Under the pieces are notes generated by a model, which saw nothing but the letters and a program-made list of their open reading frames with translations, was not told the DNA's origin and searched no databases. Below, piece after piece: positions 32,606 to 42,568 of a stretch of DNA of 64,000 nucleotides. The stretch spans positions 396,358 to 460,357 of the forward strand of contig CAVZVG010000006.1 in NCBI GenBank assembly GCA_963778665.1. Direction: 5' to 3'. Source of the stretch: an uncultured Gammaproteobacteria bacterium. Its GTDB lineage: Bacteria; Pseudomonadota; Gammaproteobacteria; JBBQDK01. Positions within the stretch are counted from its first letter, which is position 1; every line of letters begins with the position of its first letter. A program made the translations under genes and the position numbers.

Positions 32606-35233
32606 TCAGCGCTTGACCGCCTGCAACGGCAGTCGTGCGTGTATCGGCAGACTGCGCCCCGAGCGCAGCAGTTCGGTGAACGACTCCGCACAGAGCGGCT
32701 TGCTGAAGTAATAGCCCTGCATCGCCTCGCAGCCATGGGCGCGCATGAATTCGAGTTGCGCCTCGGTCTCAACGCCCTCGGCGATCACTTTATGACCCAG
32801 ACTATGGGCCAGGGCAATCACGGCCAGTGCGATCGGCGCCTCGCTGTCATGCGCGACGATGTCGCGCACAAACGATCTGTCGATCTTCAGTGTCTCGATG
32901 GGCAGGCGCTGCAGATAGGCCAGTGACGAGTAACCCGTGCCGAAATCGTCGATGGAGATCGCGACGCCCATCTGCCGCAAGGCCTGCAAGGTGCCGATGT
33001 TCTCCTGCATGTTTTCCATCAGCATGCTTTCCGTCAATTCCAGATCGAGCTGCGACGGCGCCAGCCCGGTGTCGTTCAGGATGGCGCCGACCCGGCGTGC
33101 CAGATCCTTTTGCAGGAGTTGCCGCGCCGAAATATTCACACTCATACGCAGACCTTCGAAGCCCTGACACCGCCATGCCTGCAATTGCGAACAGGCGGTG
33201 CGCAGCACCCACTCGCCGATCGACAGGATCAACCCGGTTTCCTCGGCCAGCGGGATGAATTTCGTCGGCGGCACATCACCCAGCTGCGGATGCTGCCAGC
33301 GCAGCAGAGCCTCCATGCCGGTCAGCTTGCCGCTGCCGAGATCGACCTGCGGTTGATAGACGAGCGAGAACTCTTCGCGCTCCAGCGCATGTCGCAGGCT
33401 GCTCTCCAGATTCAGGCGCTCGAGCGTGCGCTCGTTCATATCGCTGCTGTAGAGCTGGCAATCATTGCCACCGTGCGCCTTGGCCTGATACATCGCCATA
33501 TCGGCATTCTTCAACAAGCTATCCACGTCGTCGCCGTCTTGAGGATAGAGACTGATGCCGATGCTGGTGGTGACGTTCACTTCCTGCTTATGCAGCAGGC
33601 ACGATGCCGCGACGGTGGCGAGCAATTTCTCGGCGACGGCATCCAGCGCTTCGTTATCTCTGACCTCGGAGATGACAATGACGAATTCATCACCGCCCTG
33701 GCGCGAGACAGTATCTCCCTGACGCACACACTCGTTCAGACGTGTCGCCACCGTCTGCAACAAGCGATCACCGGCGTGATGACCCAGAGAGTCATTGATC
33801 ACCTTGAAGCGATCCAGGTCGAGAAAGATCACCGCCACCATCCAGTGGTTGCGCTCGGCACGCGCCAGATCCTGCTGCAGACGGTCGCGCAACAGCACCC
33901 GATTGGGAAGGTTGGTGAGTGGGTCGTAATGCGCCAGATAATGAATCCGTTCCTGAGCCAGCTTGCGTTCGGTGATGTCGCGCACCACGACCGACAGGAC
34001 ATCCTTGCCGTCATGTGCAATGACGTTGGCACCGGTTTCAAGGTCCACCCAAGTGCCATCCTTGCGCTTATATTGAACTTCGTGCGTGACGTGCCGACGC
34101 GCCTTCAGCGCCGTCGAAACATAGTTGCGCGCCACGTCGGGCAATCTGTCGTAGAGATCGTGCAAACTCAATCCGACCAGTTCCTGCTCCTTGTACCCAA
34201 GCAGGCGCGCGAACGCGCCATTGGCATCCAGCAAGGCCAGGCTTTCCACATCGACCTGAAAGATGCCCTCGCCCGACTGCTCCACGACGGCACGGTAGCG
34301 CTGCTCCACCTCCCGGTTCCTGTGCAGAGAGGACAACAGCCGGCCGACCAACAGCCGCATCAACAAGGCAAAAAGGATCACGATCGCGGCCACGATGCAC
34401 ATGAAGTAATTGATGCTATACAGACCGCTTCGGTAAATCTCCCGAGGCATTTCGACACGCAGCATCAGCACCGGCCGTCTGTCGATACCGCGTACCAGAC
34501 TATAGGCTCTGGCCCTGCGCTCATCGGTGGCCACCAATGCCAGATCCGATTTCCGGTCCACGACCTTCACGGCGCGCCGGAAATCATCCGGCAAATCTGC
34601 CGCCCCCAGAACAGCCATTGATAATGACACATGGGTTACGTCCGCCATGCGGGCGATTTCCGCAGCATCGAGGAAGCGGCCCATGATCAGCGTGCCGTGA
34701 ATCGGACCTCGCCCTTCCGACGTGGTGATGGGCCGTACGCCCACCAGCAGCGGCACACCTCCCACCACAATCACTCCAGAGCGGTCGCCGTTCGGCGCGG
34801 TGAATTGCCAGAGCCTTGGATTCGCAGCCAGATACTCGCGCATGCCATCGGGGAGGGGCATATCTGCAAGCGTATCAAGATCCATGGTTTTACTGAAAAC
34901 GATGCGCCCGGCGGTGTTCACGTAGAGGACCAGATTCAGGCGCAGGACCTTGAGTGAATCGTTAGACAGGTTCTTTTCGATGAAGCGCGGATTGTGATCC
35001 TGCATGAAGACGTAGCTGTCATCCCATGCCGCCCAATCGGCTGTCGATCGATCGAGGCTGCTCATCGTGTCATTGAGTGCATCCCGCACCCGACCGGCGT
35101 TACGTTCCAGGGCGGTCGATTCCACGGCGAGAAAGCCTTTCAGCACAACCAGTTGGGAAGCAGCATAGATAACCGCGAGCAGGATACCCAGGCTCATGGC
35201 GAGCAGCAGATTGGCTTTGCTGGCTGGCTTCAT
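32606..35233 (-). CDS. Sensor protein: periplasmic CHASE4-like domain, PAS, GGDEF and EAL
   Basis: 875 aa. It has two TM segments flanking a sensor region (ADWAAWDDSYVFM). The PAS domain reads EGIFQVDVESL...DITERK. The GGDEF motif reads RQGGDEF and the EAL domain reads EALLRW...DDFGTGYSSL. Confidence 0.9.
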   Translation of the reverse strand: MKPASKANLLLAMSLGILLAVIYAASQLVVLKGFLAVESTALERNAGRVRDALNDTMSSLDRSTADWAAWDDSYVFMQDHNPRFIEKNLSNDSLKVLRLNLVLYVNTAGRIVFSKTMDLDTLADMPLPDGMREYLAANPRLWQFTAPNGDRSGVIVVGGVPLLVGVRPITTSEGRGPIHGTLIMGRFLDAAEIARMADVTHVSLSMAVLGAADLPDDFRRAVKVVDRKSDLALVATDERRARAYSLVRGIDRRPVLMLRVEMPREIYRSGLYSINYFMCIVAAIVILFALLMRLLVGRLLSSLHRNREVEQRYRAVVEQSGEGIFQVDVESLALLDANGAFARLLGYKEQELVGLSLHDLYDRLPDVARNYVSTALKARRHVTHEVQYKRKDGTWVDLETGANVIAHDGKDVLSVVVRDITERKLAQERIHYLAHYDPLTNLPNRVLLRDRLQQDLARAERNHWMVAVIFLDLDRFKVINDSLGHHAGDRLLQTVATRLNECVRQGDTVSRQGGDEFVIVISEVRDNEALDAVAEKLLATVAASCLLHKQEVNVTTSIGISLYPQDGDDVDSLLKNADMAMYQAKAHGGNDCQLYSSDMNERTLERLNLESSLRHALEREEFSLVYQPQVDLGSGKLTGMEALLRWQHPQLGDVPPTKFIPLAEETGLILSIGEWVLRTACSQLQAWRCQGFEGLRMSVNISARQLLQKDLARRVGAILNDTGLAPSQLDLELTESMLMENMQENIGTLQALRQMGVAISIDDFGTGYSSLAYLQRLPIETLKIDRSFVRDIVAHDSEAPIALAVIALAHSLGHKVIAEGVETEAQLEFMRAHGCEAMQGYYFSKPLCAESFTELLRSGRSLPIHARLPLQAVKR

Positions 35234-35470
35234 AGTTGCCGGCGCGCGCGCTCAGCGAGATATGCAGAACACACACTAGTTCTCCTTGAACCATGGAATC
35301 CACACCCGCTGGCGTGGAACTCCGACAGGTGACTGTATCCCTTAACGGCAGAAGGCGGGGCTGGCTTGACTTAGAAGAGGGGGACAGGCGGAAATACAAT
35401 GATTGCGCGCAATGGCTTCGGCGCCGTCAATGAGCTCCAGGAGCCGGCTGATCCCGCCTCGGCGACAGTG

Positions 35471-36145
35471 CTACAAACCTGATTCCTGCACGGTGGCACT
35501 GCTCCGATCGTGCTCGGCCATCCTGGTCGCCACGCTCGGCCAGTTGCAGTCCTTCATCACCTTCGCCAACGCATGCAATGAGCCCGCGGCTATGGCGGCA
35601 CGGCGCTGTGCCTTGTGCTGGATACCGTAGAACGGCAGCATCACGTCCGTCGCCTGATCCATATACCGCCTGATCGGCGTCAGCACATCCTGGCGACGCG
35701 AGTAATACGCGTCTTCGCCCTCCGCGCAAACCTGGTCGAAGACATTGAAATGTCGACAGGCCTGCGGCCGTAGCGGATGAATGGCACAGGATTCGTCGAC
35801 CAGGAACGGGCACGCGGTGAGGCTGGCATTGTTGCGCAGGTTTTCCTGCACTGGTATGCGCAACGGCGACGGCAGTCGCTCCACCGCATACCAGGTCATG
35901 CCCATCAATTCCAGCGGATACACGGGGATGGTGGCATGGGACCGGCAACAGGCCGCACAGCCCTTGCCGCAGGCCAGCCGTCGACCCTGTCGTTCTTCGC
36001 GGCGGACGCCCTCGGCGACTCCGGCATCGGTGATCCGGTAGGCTTCCAGCAGCAGCGACAACCAGGGAAGGCGTGACTCATCCTCCGGGAAGCGCAGTCT
36101 GTCTGTTACTATACTTGTGCTTATGGTGCTCGAAGGGCTGGTCAT
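35471..36145 (-). CDS. YkgJ/UPF0153 family zinc/iron-chelating (CxxCxxCC) protein
   Basis: The Cys cluster is CGKGCAACCR...CPFL...CAIHPLRPQACR. The start is placed at MTSPSS (ATG 36145); the track ORF is open to 36379. Confidence 0.7.
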   Translation of the reverse strand: MTSPSSTISTSIVTDRLRFPEDESRLPWLSLLLEAYRITDAGVAEGVRREERQGRRLACGKGCAACCRSHATIPVYPLELMGMTWYAVERLPSPLRIPVQENLRNNASLTACPFLVDESCAIHPLRPQACRHFNVFDQVCAEGEDAYYSRRQDVLTPIRRYMDQATDVMLPFYGIQHKAQRRAAIAAGSLHALAKVMKDCNWPSVATRMAEHDRSSATVQESGL

Positions 36146-36510
36146 TGCAGTGTACCGATACGCGACACGAGTAGCGTGCCTGCCATGTCTGAATAAAGCC
36201 GGAGATCGGCCTTGGAGGATACCATCCTGCGTGATGTTCAGCAGGCCCCATCGGGCCTCGCCCGGCCAATCCACCAGCCGATCCGGGCGGCGGGCACAAG
36301 GGCAGCGGCGGCGCATAATTGCCGGTTGGCATGCATCCTGCTGTGACTTCAGACCTGTATTCAATTGGACTGGCGGCACCCTAACCGGATCAAGAATCGA
36401 CCCTCGCCAAGGATCCTGGCTCGAGGTAACTGCCTGATGAACCTGACCACTTGGCCTATGATTGCCCCGTCACCCGACGTCAAAGCCGCAGCGCTGCGGG
36501 CGTCGGTCAC

Positions 36511-38496
36511 ATGGCGCTCAGCGACCTGTGCGGCACGCATATATCACTCGCACGACCGGACTCCACCGGCGTGACCTCCCGCCTGCTGCCCGTAGCCCGC
36601 GACACCAGCACCCTGGAGCAGGAGTTACGGCTGCGCGAGTTCGAAATCGAACTGCTCAAGGAAACCGCCGAGGCCGTCAGCAGTCAATTGCAGTTGGACA
36701 ATGTGCTGCAGCTGATTGCCGAGCGCGCCCGCACCTTGATACAAGCGGAAACCCTGCTGATCCCCATCCTCAACGAAGACTGCTCCGAATACACCTACAA
36801 AGCCGGTTGCGGCAAGAACGCCGACGAGATCGTCGGCACCACCTTGCCGCGCGATTACGGCATCTGTGGCTGGGTCTGGGAACACCGCCGACCCTGGTGG
36901 CGCGGCATGCAGACCGAACTGGACCAAGAGGACCAGGACCGTTGGGAACACGAGGCCGGTGCCGTGATACTGGTGCCGCTGATCGGCAAGAATCATTTCC
37001 TCGGCGGCATCGCCGGACTGCGCAAGCTGGATGGCGGTGAATTCACGCGGCGCGATCTGGATCTGCTGACGATGTTCGCCGCACAGGTGGGTATTGCCGT
37101 CGAGAATGCCATCACCTATGAGGCGCTCGCCGCCGCCAAGGCCGCCGCGGAACAGTACCAGGCTCAGCTCGAACAGCTCAACACTGAACTGGCCCGCACC
37201 AACATCGAACTCGAGCATCTCGCCCTGTACGACAATCTGACCGGATTGCCCAACCGCTCACTGATCCAGGACCGCATTCAACAGGCCCTTTACGCGGCAA
37301 CCCGCGACGGCCATCAACTCGGCATCTTCGTCCTCGACCTCGATCAGTTCAAAGACGTCAACGACACTCTTGGGCATGAAATCGGCGATCAATTATTGAA
37401 GGCCGTGGGTGAACGTTATAATGCGGTTCTGCGCAAAACCGATACCGTCGGCCGTCTCGGCGGCGATGAATTCGCCGTGATCATCCCCGACACCGACACT
37501 GATGCGGCGGTGCGTCTGGCCGAACAACTGCTCGCCGCACTGGAACAGCCGTTCCGACTCAGCACCAACACCCTCACCATCAATGCCAGCATCGGCATCG
37601 CGCTGTATCCGGAACACGGCCTGGACGTCGCCGCGCTGCTCAAACACGCCGATGTCGCCATGTACATGGCCAAGCGCAACAAGAGCGGCTACGCGCTGTA
37701 CGATACCGCGGAAGATCCGCACAGTCCGTCGCGTCTCGCCTTGCTCGGCGATCTGCGTCAGGCACTGGGTCGCAGTGAGCTGCTGTTGCACTACCAACCC
37801 AAGATCGATCTGCTCACCGGCCGGATCATCGGTGCGGAGGCCCTGGCGCGCTGGGAACATCGCGACCACGGCATGATCATGCCCGACAACTTCATTCCGC
37901 TGATGGAACAAACCGGACTGATCCGCGGTTTCACCCAGATCGCACTGGATCTGGCCCTGCAACAGTGCGCCGCCTGGCGGCAGGCCGGCTACGACATCGC
38001 CGTGGCCATAAACCTGTCGACACACAACATGCGCGACCCTCTGCTGGCAAGCCATATCGATACTCTGCTCGACAAGTGGTCGCTGACACGCGACAGCATC
38101 ATTCTGGAAATCACCGAAAGTGCCGTGATGAGCGATTCGCTCATCACGCATGAAACCATCGAGGCACTGGATCGCTCCGGCGTGCGTTTTTCAATCGATG
38201 ATTACGGCACCGGTTATTCCTCGTTGAGCCGACTCAAGCGTCTGCCGGTACGGGAACTGAAGATCGATCGCTCCTTCGTCAAGGACATGCTGCTCAATCC
38301 GGACGACGCCGTGATTGTCCACTCCACCATCGACCTGGCCCACAACCTCGGCCTGAGCGTGACCGCCGAAGGCGTGGAGGATGCGGCCACCGCCCAGCGT
38401 CTCAAGGAACTGGGTTGCGACTACGCGCAGGGATACCACTTCAGCCGGCCAGTACCCGCCGCCAAAATGACCGAGCTGCTGAAAGCGGAACATTGA
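36511..38496 (+). CDS. GAF-GGDEF-EAL signalling protein
   Basis: The GAF region reads VLQLIAERARTLIQAE...GGIAGLRK and is followed by a coiled linker. The GGDEF motif reads GRLGGDEF and the EAL domain reads EALARW...DDYGTGYSSL. The ORF is open from 36451. Confidence 0.9.
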   Translation: MALSDLCGTHISLARPDSTGVTSRLLPVARDTSTLEQELRLREFEIELLKETAEAVSSQLQLDNVLQLIAERARTLIQAETLLIPILNEDCSEYTYKAGCGKNADEIVGTTLPRDYGICGWVWEHRRPWWRGMQTELDQEDQDRWEHEAGAVILVPLIGKNHFLGGIAGLRKLDGGEFTRRDLDLLTMFAAQVGIAVENAITYEALAAAKAAAEQYQAQLEQLNTELARTNIELEHLALYDNLTGLPNRSLIQDRIQQALYAATRDGHQLGIFVLDLDQFKDVNDTLGHEIGDQLLKAVGERYNAVLRKTDTVGRLGGDEFAVIIPDTDTDAAVRLAEQLLAALEQPFRLSTNTLTINASIGIALYPEHGLDVAALLKHADVAMYMAKRNKSGYALYDTAEDPHSPSRLALLGDLRQALGRSELLLHYQPKIDLLTGRIIGAEALARWEHRDHGMIMPDNFIPLMEQTGLIRGFTQIALDLALQQCAAWRQAGYDIAVAINLSTHNMRDPLLASHIDTLLDKWSLTRDSIILEITESAVMSDSLITHETIEALDRSGVRFSIDDYGTGYSSLSRLKRLPVRELKIDRSFVKDMLLNPDDAVIVHSTIDLAHNLGLSVTAEGVEDAATAQRLKELGCDYAQGYHFSRPVPAAKMTELLKAEH

Positions 38497-38626
38497 TATA
38501 CTGACAGAACGTAACGCAAGCAGTCGCTCGACAATGATTGCAAAAGCCGTCGAGCGGTTTAATAGATCAGTCTTCGGCAAGCGTGGTCGGGCGCCTCGCA
38601 GTACACCCGACATGCAGGAATTCGGC

Positions 38627-38974
38627 ATGCGCGAATACATCCGTCACCCCACCGACATACCCATCGAGGTCAGCTCCGACACCGCGGCCATCGCCACGCA
38701 CGAGCGTATGCACAACCTCAGCCACGGCGGCCTGCAGCTCAGCTCCAGTGCGCCCTGGCTGAGTGACACCATCATCGAGATGCGCATACCCAGCGTGACG
38801 CCCGTCTTTCAGGCGCGCGGCAAGGTGGTCTGGTGCCATGCCGGCGCGCAGGGCTATGACATCGGCGTGGCCTTCCTCGACCGCGGGACTCAGCTCCAAC
38901 TCAGCATGATCGAGCAGATCTGTCAGATCGGGCACCACAAGCGGAAAGTCACCAGGGAAAAGGGCGGCAACTGA
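38627..38974 (+). CDS. PilZ domain protein (c-di-GMP receptor candidate)
   Basis: It carries RHPTDIPIEV and NLSHGGLQL (PilZ-type RxxxR-like and D/NxSxxG motifs). The gene is immediately downstream of the GGDEF-EAL gene. Other in-frame starts are at 38534 and 38612. Confidence 0.75.
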   Translation: MREYIRHPTDIPIEVSSDTAAIATHERMHNLSHGGLQLSSSAPWLSDTIIEMRIPSVTPVFQARGKVVWCHAGAQGYDIGVAFLDRGTQLQLSMIEQICQIGHHKRKVTREKGGN

Positions 38975-39145
38975 ACAACGGATTCAAACTCGGCCTGCAC
39001 CGGACCGGTACGATCGACCGATTGCCGACGTTCGCGCCGCACCCTGACCCATATCAACATCACTCGCACCGAAAGAAGGTAGGGTACAACTCGCTGGATA
39101 GCGCGATGTGGCGCTTCCTTGATACCACCGAGAGGTCACGACAAA

Positions 39146-39469
39146 ATGGCTTGCCATAATCCCGGCTGCCTTGGCAATTATGATTTTGACCGTATCAGCT
39201 CCTACGCAAGAAAGCGGTTTATAGAAGGTCACGATACGATCGAATTAATGGAACAGGCCGGCTCCGAACGCGAAAAAGAGGAAATCGCTTTGGTCTCGCT
39301 GCTGGATGTCGAAGATGATGTGATTCAGAATCTTCGCCTCACCTGCAAATACGCCGACCAATGCAAAGTAACCAATTGCAGGGAGAAGCTCAAAGAAATG
39401 CTGGAAGCATCGCTTGCAAATGAGAGCGGCGGATCAAATAGGGCACCGCACGACCCGGCACAGCGATAA
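39146..39469 (+). CDS. Hypothetical Cys-rich protein in a locally AT-richer patch
   Basis: MACHNPGCLGNYDFDR...LTCKYADQCKVTNCREKL. GAGAGG lies about 10 nt upstream. I recognise no family. Confidence 0.45.
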   Translation: MACHNPGCLGNYDFDRISSYARKRFIEGHDTIELMEQAGSEREKEEIALVSLLDVEDDVIQNLRLTCKYADQCKVTNCREKLKEMLEASLANESGGSNRAPHDPAQR

Positions 39470-39510
39470 ACCTAATGCCGCATTGATGGGACGTGAGCCA
39501 ACCGACCCGA

Positions 39511-39873
39511 TTACCCGGCATCCGCTCTCGACACGCCCTGCGCACGCGCAATCGCATTGATCATGGCGCGCGGCGGATACTCGGCCGCGCATTCACGCAG
39601 ATATAAAGTCCACTGGGCGTAGTCATCGGCCAGTTCCGCATCGGTGCCATGACAACCCAGCACCCTCACCACGGCAGCGCCGATCTTCCACGGACCATCG
39701 CCCTTTATTTCGCCTTCTACGAGATGAACCGTCTGCGCCGGATCACCGAGATTCCAGAACAGATCGAAATACAGCAGTCCCTGCGGATGCGGGAAACGTT
39801 CGGCCATCACGGCGCTGACACCGTCCGGTCGACGTATCAGCAACGGCGCCGTGACACTGAACAGATCCGCCAT
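39511..39873 (-). CDS. Hypothetical protein (120 aa) downstream of rimO
   Basis: Protein-like composition. Its start lies 1 nt downstream of the rimO stop on the same strand, which suggests co-transcription. I recognise no domain. Confidence 0.6.
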   Translation of the reverse strand: MADLFSVTAPLLIRRPDGVSAVMAERFPHPQGLLYFDLFWNLGDPAQTVHLVEGEIKGDGPWKIGAAVVRVLGCHGTDAELADDYAQWTLYLRECAAEYPPRAMINAIARAQGVSRADAG

Positions 39874-39874
39874 G

Positions 39875-41236
39875 TCACTTGCCGGTCAGTACAGCGCGCA
39901 GGTCGTGGGTATCGGCGCCGGTGATGCGCACGGTGCAGAACTCGCCCGGCGCGAGCCCGGCACCGTCTTCGATGTAGACGACGCCGTCGATCTCCGGCGC
40001 ATCGGCGCTGGAACGCGCCAGGGCGCCGTCGGCCTGCACGCTGTCGACCAACACTTGTTGCGTGGTGCCGATCTTGCGGCGCAGGCGCGCCTCGGAAATC
40101 TCGGCCTGCACTGCCATGAAGCGTGCGCGGCGTTGTTCTTTTAATTCTTCGGGTACTGCATCCGGCAGGGCGTTGGCGGCTGCACCCTCCACCGGCGAGT
40201 AACTGAAACAGCCGACGCGGTCCAACTGCGCTTCCTGCAAAAACTCCAGCAACTGCTCGAACTCGGTCTCGGTCTCGCCGGGAAAGCCCACCACGAAAGT
40301 GCTGCGCAGCGTCAGTTCCGGGCAGATGTCGCGCCAGGCCTTGATGCGCGCCAGATTGTTCTCGACGGCGGCGGGACGCTTCATGAGTTTCAGGATGCGC
40401 GGGCTGGCGTGCTGCAAGGGCACGTCCAGATACGGCAGCAACTTGCCATCGGCCATCAGCGGGATGACTTCGTCGACATGCGGATAGGGATAGACATAAT
40501 GCAAGCGCACCCAGATGCCGAGCTCGCCCAGTGCGCGCGCCAATTCCGTGAGTCGCGTCTTCACCGGCTGACCGTGCCAAAAGCCGGCGCGATATTTCAC
40601 GTCCACGCCATAGGCGCTGGTGTCCTGCGAAATCACCAGCAGTTCCTTCACGCCGGCCTGCGCCAGCGTCTCCGCTTCCTGCAGCACATCGCCGACCGGC
40701 CGACTGACCAGATCACCGCGCATGGCCGGGATGATGCAGAAGGTGCAGCGGTGATTGCAGCCCTCGGAAATTTTCAGGTAGGCGTAATGCCGCGGCGTCA
40801 GGCGGATACCCTGCGGCGGCACCAGACTGGTGAACGGGTCGTGCGGCTGCGGCAGGTGCGTGTGCACCGCATTCATCACCGCTTCGGTGGCGTGCGGACC
40901 GGTCACCGCCAGCACATTGGGATGGGTCTCGCTGACGATATCGCCCTTGGCGCCGAGGCAGCCGGTGACGATCACGCGGCCGTTTTCCGCCAGCGCCTCG
41001 CCGATCGCGTCCAGTGATTCCTCCACGGCGCTGTCGATGAAGCCGCAGGTATTGACCACCACCAGATCGGCGCCGTCGTAACTCGGCGCGATCACGTAAC
41101 CCTCGGCGCGCAACTGGGTGAGGATGCGTTCGGAATCGACCAGGGCCTTGGGGCAGCCGAGACTGACGAAGCCGACACGCGGCGCGGACTGGGTCGATCG
41201 AGAAGATGTTTCGGGACTACGGCGGGTGGTTTTCAC
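39875..41236 (-). CDS. rimO: Ribosomal protein S12 methylthiotransferase RimO
   Basis: 453 aa with the UPF0004 N-domain ([16 protein letters not shown]), the radical-SAM motif CNHRCTFC and a C-terminal TRAM domain. Confidence 0.96.
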   Translation of the reverse strand: MKTTRRSPETSSRSTQSAPRVGFVSLGCPKALVDSERILTQLRAEGYVIAPSYDGADLVVVNTCGFIDSAVEESLDAIGEALAENGRVIVTGCLGAKGDIVSETHPNVLAVTGPHATEAVMNAVHTHLPQPHDPFTSLVPPQGIRLTPRHYAYLKISEGCNHRCTFCIIPAMRGDLVSRPVGDVLQEAETLAQAGVKELLVISQDTSAYGVDVKYRAGFWHGQPVKTRLTELARALGELGIWVRLHYVYPYPHVDEVIPLMADGKLLPYLDVPLQHASPRILKLMKRPAAVENNLARIKAWRDICPELTLRSTFVVGFPGETETEFEQLLEFLQEAQLDRVGCFSYSPVEGAAANALPDAVPEELKEQRRARFMAVQAEISEARLRRKIGTTQQVLVDSVQADGALARSSADAPEIDGVVYIEDGAGLAPGEFCTVRITGADTHDLRAVLTGK

Positions 41237-41521
41237 AGGAATCTCATATTGCCATACAACACGCCAGCCATGATAAACACATGGCGCGCGCCGGACAGGA
41301 TATCATAGCGAAGCCATTTTGCAGATGACCGGCATCGTGGATGCCGCCTGATTCGCAGGTAAAATCGTCATGATGCCAATTGTCGCGTGTTCGGTGCGAT
41401 CCGCGAGACCGCACGCGCTGTTTTGCACGTCAAGCCTGCTTCGTTGATCATTTGCCAGTGCAGCATCCGGCATTCAGTCGTAGAGTGCTGTCTTGGTATG
41501 GGAATCCGGGAGAGTGTCGCA

Positions 41522-42568
41522 ATGACCGTTAAGAAACCGCTGCTGATCATCGTGTTGCTGCTGGCCGCCGCAGCGGGCGGGGCGACCTGGCTCTGGCGTT
41601 CGCATGAGAAAGGCATGGCCACGGGTACGCTGGTATTGCATGGCAATGTCGATATCCGCCAAGTGCAACTGGCCTTCAACGGCAGTGAGCGGGTCGCGAC
41701 CATGCAGGTGCGCGAAGGCCAGCATGTCGCCGCGCATCAGGTCCTCGCCACCCTGGACAGTCAGCGCCTGCAATACGGACTGGATCAGATCCGCGCGCAA
41801 CTGGCGGCACAGCAGGCGCTGGTCGATCGTCTGCACGCCGGCAGTCGCCCCGAGGAGATCAGTACGGCACGCGCCAATGTGACTGCTGCGGTCGCCGATG
41901 CGAACAATGCGCAACGCACGGCGCGGCGTCTTACCGATCTGCTGACCCGTCATCTGGTGGCCAAGGAACAGGCCGATAACGCCCGCGCCACGGCCGATGC
42001 CGCGCAAGCCCGACTCGATGCCTCACAGCAGGCGCTCAAGCTGGCGCTCGCCGGACCGCGCAAGGAAGACATCGACGCGGCCGAATCGACCCTGCGATCA
42101 CTGCAGGCACAGCTTGATCTGCAACGCCGCCTGCTGGCCGATACCACACTCTATGCACCGTCCGCCGGCATCATCGAAGACCGTATCCTCGAACCCGGCG
42201 ACATGGCCTCGCCGCAGACGCCGGTCTATACCCTGGCACTGACCGACCCGGTGTGGGTGCGCGCCTATGTCACCGAACCGGATCTCGGCCGGCTGCATCC
42301 CGGCATGCACGCAGTCATCACGACCGATTCCCACCCCGACAAACAATACACCGCCTGGATCGGATTCATTTCACCCACGGCGGAATTCACGCCGAAATCG
42401 GTCGAGACGCGCGAGGTGCGTACCGATCTGGTCTATCAGGTGCGCGTCTTCGCCTGCAATCCACAGGATGAACTGCGGCTCGGCATGCCCGCCACGGTGA
42501 CCATCGCCCTCGATCAGCCGGTCCCGGATGCCAGCCAAACCGCGTCACCGTGCCAAGGGCATCGATGA
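41522..42568 (+). CDS. HlyD-family membrane fusion (periplasmic adaptor) protein
   Basis: N-terminal TM segment (MTVKKPLLIIVLLLAAAAGG), a lipoyl/hairpin coiled-coil and a beta-barrel (GMPATVTI). Its stop overlaps the ABC ATPase start as ATGA. Confidence 0.9.
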   Translation: MTVKKPLLIIVLLLAAAAGGATWLWRSHEKGMATGTLVLHGNVDIRQVQLAFNGSERVATMQVREGQHVAAHQVLATLDSQRLQYGLDQIRAQLAAQQALVDRLHAGSRPEEISTARANVTAAVADANNAQRTARRLTDLLTRHLVAKEQADNARATADAAQARLDASQQALKLALAGPRKEDIDAAESTLRSLQAQLDLQRRLLADTTLYAPSAGIIEDRILEPGDMASPQTPVYTLALTDPVWVRAYVTEPDLGRLHPGMHAVITTDSHPDKQYTAWIGFISPTAEFTPKSVETREVRTDLVYQVRVFACNPQDELRLGMPATVTIALDQPVPDASQTASPCQGHR

